In this document: one piece after another, positions 8,885 through 16,194 of the stretch | Layout: the number at the start of each line of letters is the position of its first letter | How positions within the stretch are numbered: the first letter of the stretch is position 1 | Assembly: GCF_000253055.1 (NCBI RefSeq) | Contig: NC_016070.1 | Coordinates: forward strand, 540,001 to 572,000 | Direction of reading: 5' to 3' | Length of the DNA stretch: 32,000 bases | Source: Thermoproteus tenax Kra 1 | GTDB taxonomy: Archaea > Thermoproteota > Thermoprotei > Thermoproteales > Thermoproteaceae | Position numbers and translations under genes: made by a program | The notes under the pieces: generated by a model | The model's input: only the letters and a program-made list of their open reading frames with translations | The model's database searches: none | Told to the model about the DNA's origin: nothing

Positions 8885-8897
8885 AAAAATATTAAAT
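8885..8897. promoter_or_regulatory. single AT-rich TATA-like box (AAAAATATTAAAT) shared by divergent thiI and PEBP genes
   Basis: The box is centred about 23 nt from GTG 8868 (minus strand) and about 24 nt from ATG 8915 (plus strand). It is the only AT-rich element in the 46-bp spacer. Confidence 0.5.
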
Positions 8898-8914
8898 CGC
8901 TTATTAGACCGGGC

Positions 8915-9469
8915 ATGAGGAGGCTCCTTCTGATAATAGCCGCGGTCGCCGTCCTTGCTGCGCTGCTCCTCGCTCTGTGGAGCCAACAGCACAGGCCCGT
9001 AGGGCGCGTCGCCACGATCCTTGTTGCCTCCCCAGCCTTTGCGAACGGCTCGTTTATACCTGCCAACTACACTTGCGATGGAGCCGACGTCTCTCCACCT
9101 CTACGTTGGTCCGGCGTACCTCAAGATGCCAAGGCCCTCTTAGTGGCCGTCGTGGACGTCGACGCGCCTGGAGGATACTTCGTGCACTGGGTTTTGTACA
9201 ATATTCCGCCCAACGTCACAAGTCTGCCTTCCAATATTCCCAAGCAGCCCATTGTGAAGTATGGCGAACAAGGGACCAACGACTTCGGCAAGGTTGGGTA
9301 CGGAGGCCCGTGTCCACCGCCCGGTCCGCCCCATCGTTATATCTTCATAGTTTTGGCCCTAGACTCGCAGCTCGACGTACAGCCCGGCGCGTCTGACAGA
9401 GAGATACTCAGCGTCGCCTCCTCGCATGTGATCGCATCGGGCGAAATAGTCGGCCTCTACGGTCGTTGA
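8915..9469 (+). CDS. membrane-anchored/secreted PEBP (YbhB/YbcL, Raf-kinase-inhibitor-like) family protein
   Basis: The N-terminus MRRLLLIIAAVAVLAALLLALW is a signal or anchor helix. PEBP motifs follow: DVDAPGGYFVHW and GYGGPCPPPGPPHRYIF. I prefer ATG 8915 over track start 8870 on promoter spacing. Confidence 0.8.
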   Translation: MRRLLLIIAAVAVLAALLLALWSQQHRPVGRVATILVASPAFANGSFIPANYTCDGADVSPPLRWSGVPQDAKALLVAVVDVDAPGGYFVHWVLYNIPPNVTSLPSNIPKQPIVKYGEQGTNDFGKVGYGGPCPPPGPPHRYIFIVLALDSQLDVQPGASDREILSVASSHVIASGEIVGLYGR

Positions 9470-9500
9470 AATTTTTAAAAGAGCCGACAGATCGATCTTT

Positions 9501-11147
9501 ATGGAATACAAGCGCGCCGTTTTGTTGAACAGCTTTATCGGCGCCTTTATGGCTAGCATGAATATTTCGGCACTTGTCATAGCTCTACCTGCTGTCTTCC
9601 GCGGAATCGATATAGATCCATTCTCCCCTCTTGGCTTTGTCTCAATGCTCTGGCTGATCTTAGCCTATCCCTTCACGATGGCAATATTTGTGGCGATAAT
9701 CGGACGCCTCTCTGATATGTATGGAAAAGGTAGAGTATTCACGTTGGGCGCTCTGACGTTCACCGTATCCTCTCTGCTCTTGGGGCTGACTCCAGGCAGT
9801 GGGGCATTTGCTGCAGCCCTGCTAGTCGCCTTCAGAGTGCTCCAAGGCATCGGCGGCTCCATGATGTTCTCGAACAGCGCCGCCATAATCGCCGACGTCT
9901 TTCCCCCCAACGAGAGAGGATTTGCCCAGGGCGTAGTCGGTATATCGTTCTCCGCGGGCTCCATAGCTGGCCTCCTTGTGGGCGGCGCGCTGGCCGTAGT
10001 CGACTGGCGGTTGGTCTTCCTAGTCAACGTGCCGTTGGGCCTGCTCACCACTCTGTGGTCCTATAGGACTCTCTTCAACCTCTCTCAGACGGCCGGAGGA
10101 GTTGTGATAGATTGGCTCGGCGCTTCGATTTTGGCGGCCGGCCTCTTGTCGGCTCTCTCGGGGTTGACTCTTTCCATGATGCCCTACGGTGGATCTATGG
10201 TCGGCTGGGGCAACCCCGCCGTGTGGGCGTTGATAGGCACAGGCATTGCCTTATTGGCGCTCTTGATCCCGCTCGAGAGGAGGGCGGCAAGCCCCATGCT
10301 TCGCCTGGACCTCTTCTCAAAAAGACAGTTCTCATTCGGCGTCTTTAGCGCCTTTCTACTATTCTTGGCACAAGGCGCAAATATATTCGTGCTCTCCATA
10401 TTCCTCCAGGCGGTGTACTTGCCCATGAGGGGTATGCCGTACGAGGAGACCCCGCTCTGGGCCGGCATCTATTTGATACCCAATAGTGTAGCGAGCGCGC
10501 TCTTTGCCCCAATTGGGGGAAAGCTGTTGAACAAATTGGGCGCCAGGACAGTCTCGACGCTCGGCGCAGTTCTAGCCGGCATAGGCTTCGAGCTACTAGC
10601 GGCGCTACCTTTGTCCTTCGCCTACTCTCTATTTGCAGCTATAATAGCCCTCATAGGGACCGGCTTTGGGCTTTTTATGAGCCCGAACCTAGTTTCCATC
10701 CTCAGCTCAGTGCCGTCGAAACACAGAGGCGCTGCATCCGGCATTAGGGCCATGGTGCAGAACGTGGGAACTCTGATGAGCTTTGCGATCTTCATGACTC
10801 TCATCATCGCAGGCTCAGCGCCGCTTCTAGCGCCAGCCCTCTATCATGCCCTTTTAAATGCCGGCGTGCCGTCGGACGATGCTCGCTCTCTCCTCTCGAT
10901 ACCGCCCGTGGTGGCCTTCTTTGCCGCCTTTCTGGGCTATAATCCTATAGGCACCTTAGTGTCTCTGGCCCACGTCCAGATAGGCGGGACGGTGTACGCA
11001 ACAATCACAGAGCCCCGCTTCTTCGCAGACGCTATAGCTCCCGCCTTGCTCTCGGGGTTTCACAACGCCTACCACTTGGCGGCCATATTTGCTTTCGCCG
11101 CAGCGGTTCTCTCAGCGCTGAGAGGTAGGGAGACATTATTGGAATGA
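9501..11147 (+). CDS. major facilitator superfamily transporter, 14-TMS drug:H+ antiporter (DHA2/EmrB-like)
   Basis: The 548-aa protein has about 14 hydrophobic segments. The MFS motif A-like sequence is GRLSDMYGKGRV and the motif C-like sequence is GIGGSMMFSNSAAIIAD. Confidence 0.8.
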   Translation: MEYKRAVLLNSFIGAFMASMNISALVIALPAVFRGIDIDPFSPLGFVSMLWLILAYPFTMAIFVAIIGRLSDMYGKGRVFTLGALTFTVSSLLLGLTPGSGAFAAALLVAFRVLQGIGGSMMFSNSAAIIADVFPPNERGFAQGVVGISFSAGSIAGLLVGGALAVVDWRLVFLVNVPLGLLTTLWSYRTLFNLSQTAGGVVIDWLGASILAAGLLSALSGLTLSMMPYGGSMVGWGNPAVWALIGTGIALLALLIPLERRAASPMLRLDLFSKRQFSFGVFSAFLLFLAQGANIFVLSIFLQAVYLPMRGMPYEETPLWAGIYLIPNSVASALFAPIGGKLLNKLGARTVSTLGAVLAGIGFELLAALPLSFAYSLFAAIIALIGTGFGLFMSPNLVSILSSVPSKHRGAASGIRAMVQNVGTLMSFAIFMTLIIAGSAPLLAPALYHALLNAGVPSDDARSLLSIPPVVAFFAAFLGYNPIGTLVSLAHVQIGGTVYATITEPRFFADAIAPALLSGFHNAYHLAAIFAFAAAVLSALRGRETLLE

Positions 11148-11187
11148 CCGCGCTCCCCGCCCTAAAGGGCGAGGCCTTCGGTTGTAA

Positions 11188-12333
11188 TCAACTGGGAGAT
11201 CTCAAGACCTCTGAGACGGCAGATCTAATCAGCTCTACGTCCTCTCTAGTTATAGAATAGGGCGGGAGAAACCTCAACACGTTCATACCAGCCGTCAGAG
11301 CGAGCACGCCCTTGGACAGAAGTTGCTGTATAAACTGGTCGGCTTTAACTCTCAGCTCTAGCCCCCTCATGAGCCCCATGCCTTTAACTCTTAGCCCGAT
11401 CCTCGAGCCGTGCTCCGCCAGAGCCTTGGCCAGCTCCTCGCCCATGGCCTCGGCCCTCGCGGGCACGTCCTCCTTCAGCAGAAGCTCTGAGGCTGCGGCC
11501 GCGGCCGCCATGACTACAGAGTTGCCGGCAAACGTTGAGCCGTGTTCTCCCGGCTCGAACACGTCGCCGTAGTCCTCCCTGGCGATGACCACTCCTATGG
11601 GCAGACCGCCCCCCAGGGCCTTCCCCGCCGTGAATAAATCCGGCTCAACGCCGTACTTCTGAAAGGCCCAGACGGCGCCAGTTCTGCCGAACCCTGTCTG
11701 AATCTCATCAAAGATGAGCAAGGCGTTCTTCTCGGCGGTGACCTCGCGTAGGGCCCTCAAGAAGTCTGGAGTTGCGGGATTCACGCCGCCCTCCCCCTGT
11801 ATAGGTTCTACTACAACGCAACAGACGTCCTCGTCTACGAGTTTCTCGACCTCAGCTGCCACGTTGAATTTGCCGAACTTGACGTACGGATAAAGCGGCT
11901 CAAAGGCCTTTCTATAGGCCTCGTTCCAGGTTATAGAGAGGGAGCCCAAGGTCCTTCCGTGGAAACTGTTTGTGAAGGCCACTACCGTGCGCCTCCTAGT
12001 GATCTTTTTGGCCATCTTGATAGCAGTCTCCACAGCCTCTGTGCCTGTGTTCTGTAGAAAGACTACTCCAAACTTTGAGGGCAGAAGCCTCGAGAAAGCC
12101 GAGATGAACCTCTCTCTAGCCGGCGTAGAGAAATTGAGGGGCACGGCCCAGACCTCCTCCAGTTGCCTTCTGACGGCCTCAGCTATATAGGGATTGGCGT
12201 GTCCCAAGAAGGCCACGCCGTGATTGGTGTTGCAGTCGAGGTATCTTCTGCCCTGATCGTCCCAGAGATATTGCATATAGCCTCTCACGATCCGCACGCC
12301 GTACTCCCTATAATATCTGGCTATTCTGGCCAT
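11188..12333 (-). CDS. class III PLP aminotransferase, acetylornithine / LysW-lysine aminotransferase-like (ArgD/LysJ family)
   Basis: The 381-aa protein carries FLGHANP, NTGTEAVE and DEIQTGFGRTG, with the PLP-lysine region at FTAGKALGGG. Confidence 0.8.
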   Translation of the reverse strand: MARIARYYREYGVRIVRGYMQYLWDDQGRRYLDCNTNHGVAFLGHANPYIAEAVRRQLEEVWAVPLNFSTPARERFISAFSRLLPSKFGVVFLQNTGTEAVETAIKMAKKITRRRTVVAFTNSFHGRTLGSLSITWNEAYRKAFEPLYPYVKFGKFNVAAEVEKLVDEDVCCVVVEPIQGEGGVNPATPDFLRALREVTAEKNALLIFDEIQTGFGRTGAVWAFQKYGVEPDLFTAGKALGGGLPIGVVIAREDYGDVFEPGEHGSTFAGNSVVMAAAAAASELLLKEDVPARAEAMGEELAKALAEHGSRIGLRVKGMGLMRGLELRVKADQFIQQLLSKGVLALTAGMNVLRFLPPYSITREDVELIRSAVSEVLRSPS

Positions 12334-12353
12334 GTGGTCTGGTTTTTCTCTGT

Positions 12354-13163
12354 TTATAACTCTGATAGTATTCTATGGAAGCTCGATATATGGTCCCTGA
12401 AGCTACTGAAAAATCTGGCCCTCCTTAGATCGTCCTCATCTATACGAAAAACTCCGCGGTCCTCCTCCAAGGTCTTTAACTTGAGTTTGATCTCTCCCAA
12501 CGGCGAGACTATCATGGAGCCGCCCCAGAAGTATTCCTCCTCCTGGCTACCCACTGTGTTGACGAAGGCCGTCCAGACTGTGTTCATGAGCGAGTGGGCC
12601 TTTAGCAGCGCCTCCCAGGCGTCTTGTATGGCCAGTCTCTTTCCCAACCTCCTCATGGGGGATGCCGCTGGGATGAGGATCAAGTCGGCGCCCATCAGAG
12701 CAAGGGCCTCGGCTGGCTCGGGATGCCAGGCGTCCTCGCATATCATTACGCCGAATTTCCAACCGGCGTACTGAAATACCTTCAGGTCCTTCAGAGGGTC
12801 AGCCCTCTGGAAATATCGTCTCTCCTCAAAGAGGCCATAGGTGGGAAGGTAGAATTTATAGACGTAGTCGATGTTTCCGTCTATAATTACAGCCGCCGCG
12901 TTCCTCAGGACGCCCCTCCTCACCTCTTTAATGGTTCCCACCACGAGACATCTCCCCGAGGAGTGATCGGCAAGCTTTTCGACGGCCCTCATGCTCGCTT
13001 GATATATCTCGTAGGTGAGATCCTTCAGGACATAGCCTGTGAGCGAGAGCTCCGGGAAGACTATACAGTCGCTGGCGCTGGTCTCCACCACCTCCCTATG
13101 TTTTGCCAGATTCCTCTCGACGTCCCCCAGATATGGCCTTATCTGGGCCAGCTCGACCTTCAT
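12354..13163 (-). CDS. carbon-nitrogen hydrolase (nitrilase superfamily), candidate glutaminase partner of NadE
   Basis: Glu-Lys-Cys triad contexts are present: VFPELSLTGY, YKFYLPTYG and GVMICEDAWHPE. I place the start at ATG 13163 (MKVELAQ), which is preceded by GGAGGAG. The track start at 13181 is a GTG codon. Confidence 0.75.
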   Translation of the reverse strand: MKVELAQIRPYLGDVERNLAKHREVVETSASDCIVFPELSLTGYVLKDLTYEIYQASMRAVEKLADHSSGRCLVVGTIKEVRRGVLRNAAAVIIDGNIDYVYKFYLPTYGLFEERRYFQRADPLKDLKVFQYAGWKFGVMICEDAWHPEPAEALALMGADLILIPAASPMRRLGKRLAIQDAWEALLKAHSLMNTVWTAFVNTVGSQEEEYFWGGSMIVSPLGEIKLKLKTLEEDRGVFRIDEDDLRRARFFSSFRDHISSFHRILSEL

Positions 13164-13215
13164 GTCTCCTCCCCGCTCCACACTAAAATTTCGCGCTTCG
13201 AGGTGTACATGCCGT

Positions 13216-14061
13216 TCACCTTATGTTCCAATATCTCCTCGGATAGCGCCAGTCGGAGCCTATAGCTCTGCCGCTCAGCCTGAAGATCTCAGGTGGCAAC
13301 CTCTTGTGTTGGCTCTTCCTCACCATGGCGTCGACTCTGTTTATTATCGATATATCCACGCCGAGCATCTCCGCTACCTCCTGCGGAGGCCTCATTTCCT
13401 CATATCTAAGGTAGAGCACGGAGTCTATCGTCTCGTAGTCTACGCCGAGCTCCCCCTCTGCGGTCTGGCCCTCCCACAGAGCTGGCGATGGGGGCTTTCT
13501 GATTATACTTTCGGGCAAACCTAGACATGCGCCGAGCTGTCTCACTTGCGTCTTGTAGAGATCGCCTATGGGCAATATGTCCACTCCGCCGTCTCCGTAT
13601 TTGGTGAAATAGCCGAGCATGAGCTCGCTCTTGTCCCCCGTCCCGACCACCATATACCCGAGCTTCTGTGCAAATGCGTACAGCAACGTCATTCTCACGC
13701 GCGCCTTTATGTTGCCTATGATCTTTTTGTCGTTGGTCTCGACCGCCTTCGAGAGAGCATCGACGTAGCCGTCTATAGGGATCACTGCGTGTTTGGCCTC
13801 GCCCCCCACCATCTTCACTACAGCCATGGCGTCCTCCATGTCTCTCGCAGGCGTGCTAGAGGACGGCATCAAAAGGAGAAAGAAGTTAGGAGTAGCCTTG
13901 GCTAACAACACGGCCACGACGGAGGAGTCGATGCCGCCGCTGAGCCCCAACACGCCGCCGCTGAGCCCGCTCTCCTCCATGTATTCCCTCAGCCTCTCCA
14001 CTATATACGCAGACACAGTCTCGCAGTCTATCTGCAACATCCTTCTGACGTATTCGTTCAT
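13216..14061 (-). CDS. nadE: NAD+ synthetase, single-domain (NadE, PP-loop ATP pyrophosphatase)
   Basis: The PP-loop is LGLSGGIDSSVVAVL, and TGDKSELMLGYFTKYGDG is also present. The protein has 281 aa and no fused glutaminase domain. Confidence 0.9.
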   Translation of the reverse strand: MNEYVRRMLQIDCETVSAYIVERLREYMEESGLSGGVLGLSGGIDSSVVAVLLAKATPNFFLLLMPSSSTPARDMEDAMAVVKMVGGEAKHAVIPIDGYVDALSKAVETNDKKIIGNIKARVRMTLLYAFAQKLGYMVVGTGDKSELMLGYFTKYGDGGVDILPIGDLYKTQVRQLGACLGLPESIIRKPPSPALWEGQTAEGELGVDYETIDSVLYLRYEEMRPPQEVAEMLGVDISIINRVDAMVRKSQHKRLPPEIFRLSGRAIGSDWRYPRRYWNIR

Positions 14062-14065
14062 ATTA

Positions 14066-14764
14066 TTAGCGTATCAGGATCTCGCTTTTAACTCCTTCTC
14101 TCGATATAGTGATAAGTGTGCCGTTTGCCAACGGAGCCCAACCTTCAGAGCTCAGAGGCTCTGACGCCACAACTATGGCGTCCCCCTTGTGGACAACTGG
14201 GATAAAGTGGGGATCTTCGACTAGGCGATATGTAAAAACGTGGGCCTCTACGCGCTTGAGATCCACTAAGGCTACGTTAAGTACGGGCTCCTCTGGGTCG
14301 AGGTACTTGATAGCGACTTCCGCGGTCTGCCTCAGAGCCCGGATGTCCGCCCCCAGCTCCACGAAGGCCTTGAGGAAGAGCTCGGTATCTGTTGAGCCGC
14401 CTGTGGAGGTATCGATTCCCATGGCCCTCAGCTCTCCCTCGAACTTTACTCTATCTATAGTGCCGTTATGAGCTATCGCGAAATCGCCGTATATTATAGG
14501 ATGTGTGTTGGCGAGCGAGATGCTTCCAACCGATGCCAGACGCGAGTGGAAGAGGTAGACCGCGTACCCTCCTGGGGGCTCTCGGTACGACTCCCATATG
14601 GGCTTGACGGACTTGATAACGCCGAACTCTCCATCTCTGACGTACAAGACCCCCCAGCCCGATCCATGGCTCCAGCCCTTGGTCTTGTCTTGTCTAGAGA
14701 TCTCTATGAAGGATCTACGAAAAATAAATGGGGGATCCCCAAATGAGAGAAAAAATCTACACAT
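14066..14764 (-). CDS. stand-alone class-II (Ntn) glutamine amidotransferase (YafJ/COG0121-like)
   Basis: The start MCRFF... would give an N-terminal Cys nucleophile. HSRLAS, NTHP and AHNGTI blocks are present. Its ATG overlaps the glnA stop (TAATG, 14762-14766). The track extension to 14860 lies inside glnA and is Arg-rich. Confidence 0.7.
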   Translation of the reverse strand: MCRFFLSFGDPPFIFRRSFIEISRQDKTKGWSHGSGWGVLYVRDGEFGVIKSVKPIWESYREPPGGYAVYLFHSRLASVGSISLANTHPIIYGDFAIAHNGTIDRVKFEGELRAMGIDTSTGGSTDTELFLKAFVELGADIRALRQTAEVAIKYLDPEEPVLNVALVDLKRVEAHVFTYRLVEDPHFIPVVHKGDAIVVASEPLSSEGWAPLANGTLITISREGVKSEILIR

Positions 14765-16074
14765 TAAGCGACCTCCAAATACTGGTCGTACTCCCAGCGG
14801 GTTATGACGTTCCAAGTCGCGTCCCAACTGCCGCCCGCGTTGGCAAGATAGTCGTTCCACTCCCTCTCCTTGAGGCTCAGATACGCCTTGACCAACTGTT
14901 GAGGCAACATCTTGGCTGTGATCCCCTCGGTGGCCAGCTTGGCGGCCTCGCCCAAGTGCTTGGGCGTCTCCCTCACTCCTTGTAGATCGTAGGCTATCTC
15001 CTCCACGGGTCTCGGAGCCTCCAACTTCCTCTCGAGACCGTCAACCGCCGATAGAAGGATTGCCGAGAACGCCAGATATGGGTTTGCCGATGGGTCAGGG
15101 TGTCTGTATTCGAACCTGTTTATCTTCTGGGCGTAGTACGGTATTCTGACCATAGCGGAGCGGTTGCCTAAGCCCCAGACGACGCGGGTCGGCGCCTCGT
15201 GGTGCGGCACAAGTCTCTTGTAGCTGTTGACCAACGGGGCCACAAAGACGCTGTTGGCTAAGGCGTTCTCCAACACGCCGGCCACCGCCGACTTAAGCTC
15301 CGGAGTCGGCTCCTTATATGACGCGAAGAGGTTGGCTCCGTCCCTCCAGAGACTCACGTGTATGTGCATCCCGGAGCCGTTGACGCCCCAGAACGGTTTA
15401 GGCATGAAGGTGGCAGTCAAGCCGTATTTTTGTGCCACCGATTTGGCGAGTATCTTGAACACAAGTATCTGGTCGGCCACTTGTACAGGGTCGGCGGCGG
15501 GTATATTCACCTCGAACTGGCTCGGTGCAACCTCGTGGTGCGTCTTTGTGAAGCCTATCCCAGAGAGATAGAACTGCTCTATTATCTCCTCGATAACTGG
15601 CATAGTTTCCTTCAACGGATATCCCTCGAAGTAGGCTCCGTTGTCAACTAACGATGGTGGGTTGCCTCTTACAATGAAGAACTCGACCTCGGCGCCGAAT
15701 CTCGCCTCGTATCCCCTAGATTTGGCGTACTCAACCACTTGCTTGAGCGCGTTGCGCGGATCCATGGGATGCGGCTTGTTTCCGTCGAGCGTGCTAGTGA
15801 ACGCGAGCGCAGTCTTGCCCCCGCTCCACGTCTCTATATAGATTGCGTTAGTGTCCACTTGGGCCACGAAGTCGCTCTTGTTCACAGTGGTGTAGGCAGG
15901 TATCGATGATCCGTCGTAGGCTATCCCATCAACAAACGCGTCGCGTGCTGCGTCGATTGGAAGTATCTCCAGCTTTGGTCTACCGAAGATGTCCACTATC
16001 ACGAATTTGACGTATTTTACGCCGGCCCCCTTTAGTAGCCTCCACGCGTTTAATCCTTCCGGCATAACGCCCAT
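14764..16074 (-). CDS. glnA: glutamine synthetase type I
   Basis: GS motifs are present: YDGSSI, HHEVAPSQFEV, KPFWGVNGSGMHIHVS, NSYKRL and GNRSAMVRIP. The track start at 16137 is a TTG codon. The ATG candidates are 16074 (MGVMPEG) and 16065 (MPEG), and the latter is about 25 nt from GTTTTTAT. Confidence 0.9.
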   Translation of the reverse strand: MGVMPEGLNAWRLLKGAGVKYVKFVIVDIFGRPKLEILPIDAARDAFVDGIAYDGSSIPAYTTVNKSDFVAQVDTNAIYIETWSGGKTALAFTSTLDGNKPHPMDPRNALKQVVEYAKSRGYEARFGAEVEFFIVRGNPPSLVDNGAYFEGYPLKETMPVIEEIIEQFYLSGIGFTKTHHEVAPSQFEVNIPAADPVQVADQILVFKILAKSVAQKYGLTATFMPKPFWGVNGSGMHIHVSLWRDGANLFASYKEPTPELKSAVAGVLENALANSVFVAPLVNSYKRLVPHHEAPTRVVWGLGNRSAMVRIPYYAQKINRFEYRHPDPSANPYLAFSAILLSAVDGLERKLEAPRPVEEIAYDLQGVRETPKHLGEAAKLATEGITAKMLPQQLVKAYLSLKEREWNDYLANAGGSWDATWNVITRWEYDQYLEVA

Positions 16075-16194
16075 GTTCGAAGGGCATAAAAACTTTTCTT
16101 GTAAAAACATCAAAAGTATCCCGAAATATATAGGCAATATATACCATGTGAGTTCCCTTTTTTTTGGAACAAATTACTATAAAATCGGCGAATA

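Noticed and set aside
8869-9066. N-terminal extensions of track ORFs: thiI to 9066, the amidotransferase to 14860, glnA to 16137, tusA to 28179, the DUF1641 gene to 29604 and the AsnA-like gene to 26625.
   Set aside because: The extensions overlap neighbouring genes or regulatory repeats. They use TTG or GTG codons or encode Arg-rich junk. Internal starts give canonical N-termini (for example MC... for Ntn amidotransferases) at TATA-consistent spacing. The 26625, 28179 and 20113 alternatives cannot be fully excluded.
12163-13524. Plus-strand ORFs 12163-12774, 12624-13265 and 13039-13524 across the CN-hydrolase and nadE region.
   Set aside because: They are antisense to genes with catalytic-triad and PP-loop motifs. 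They have no motifs of their own and show Ser/Pro/Arg-rich composition.
16157-16166. A T8 run (CCCTTTTTTTTGG) between the GltB-FMN gene and glnA, considered as a terminator.
   Set aside because: The run is on the plus strand, whereas both flanking genes are on the minus strand, where it reads A8. It is therefore not an oligo-T terminator for them, and there is no plus-strand gene upstream.
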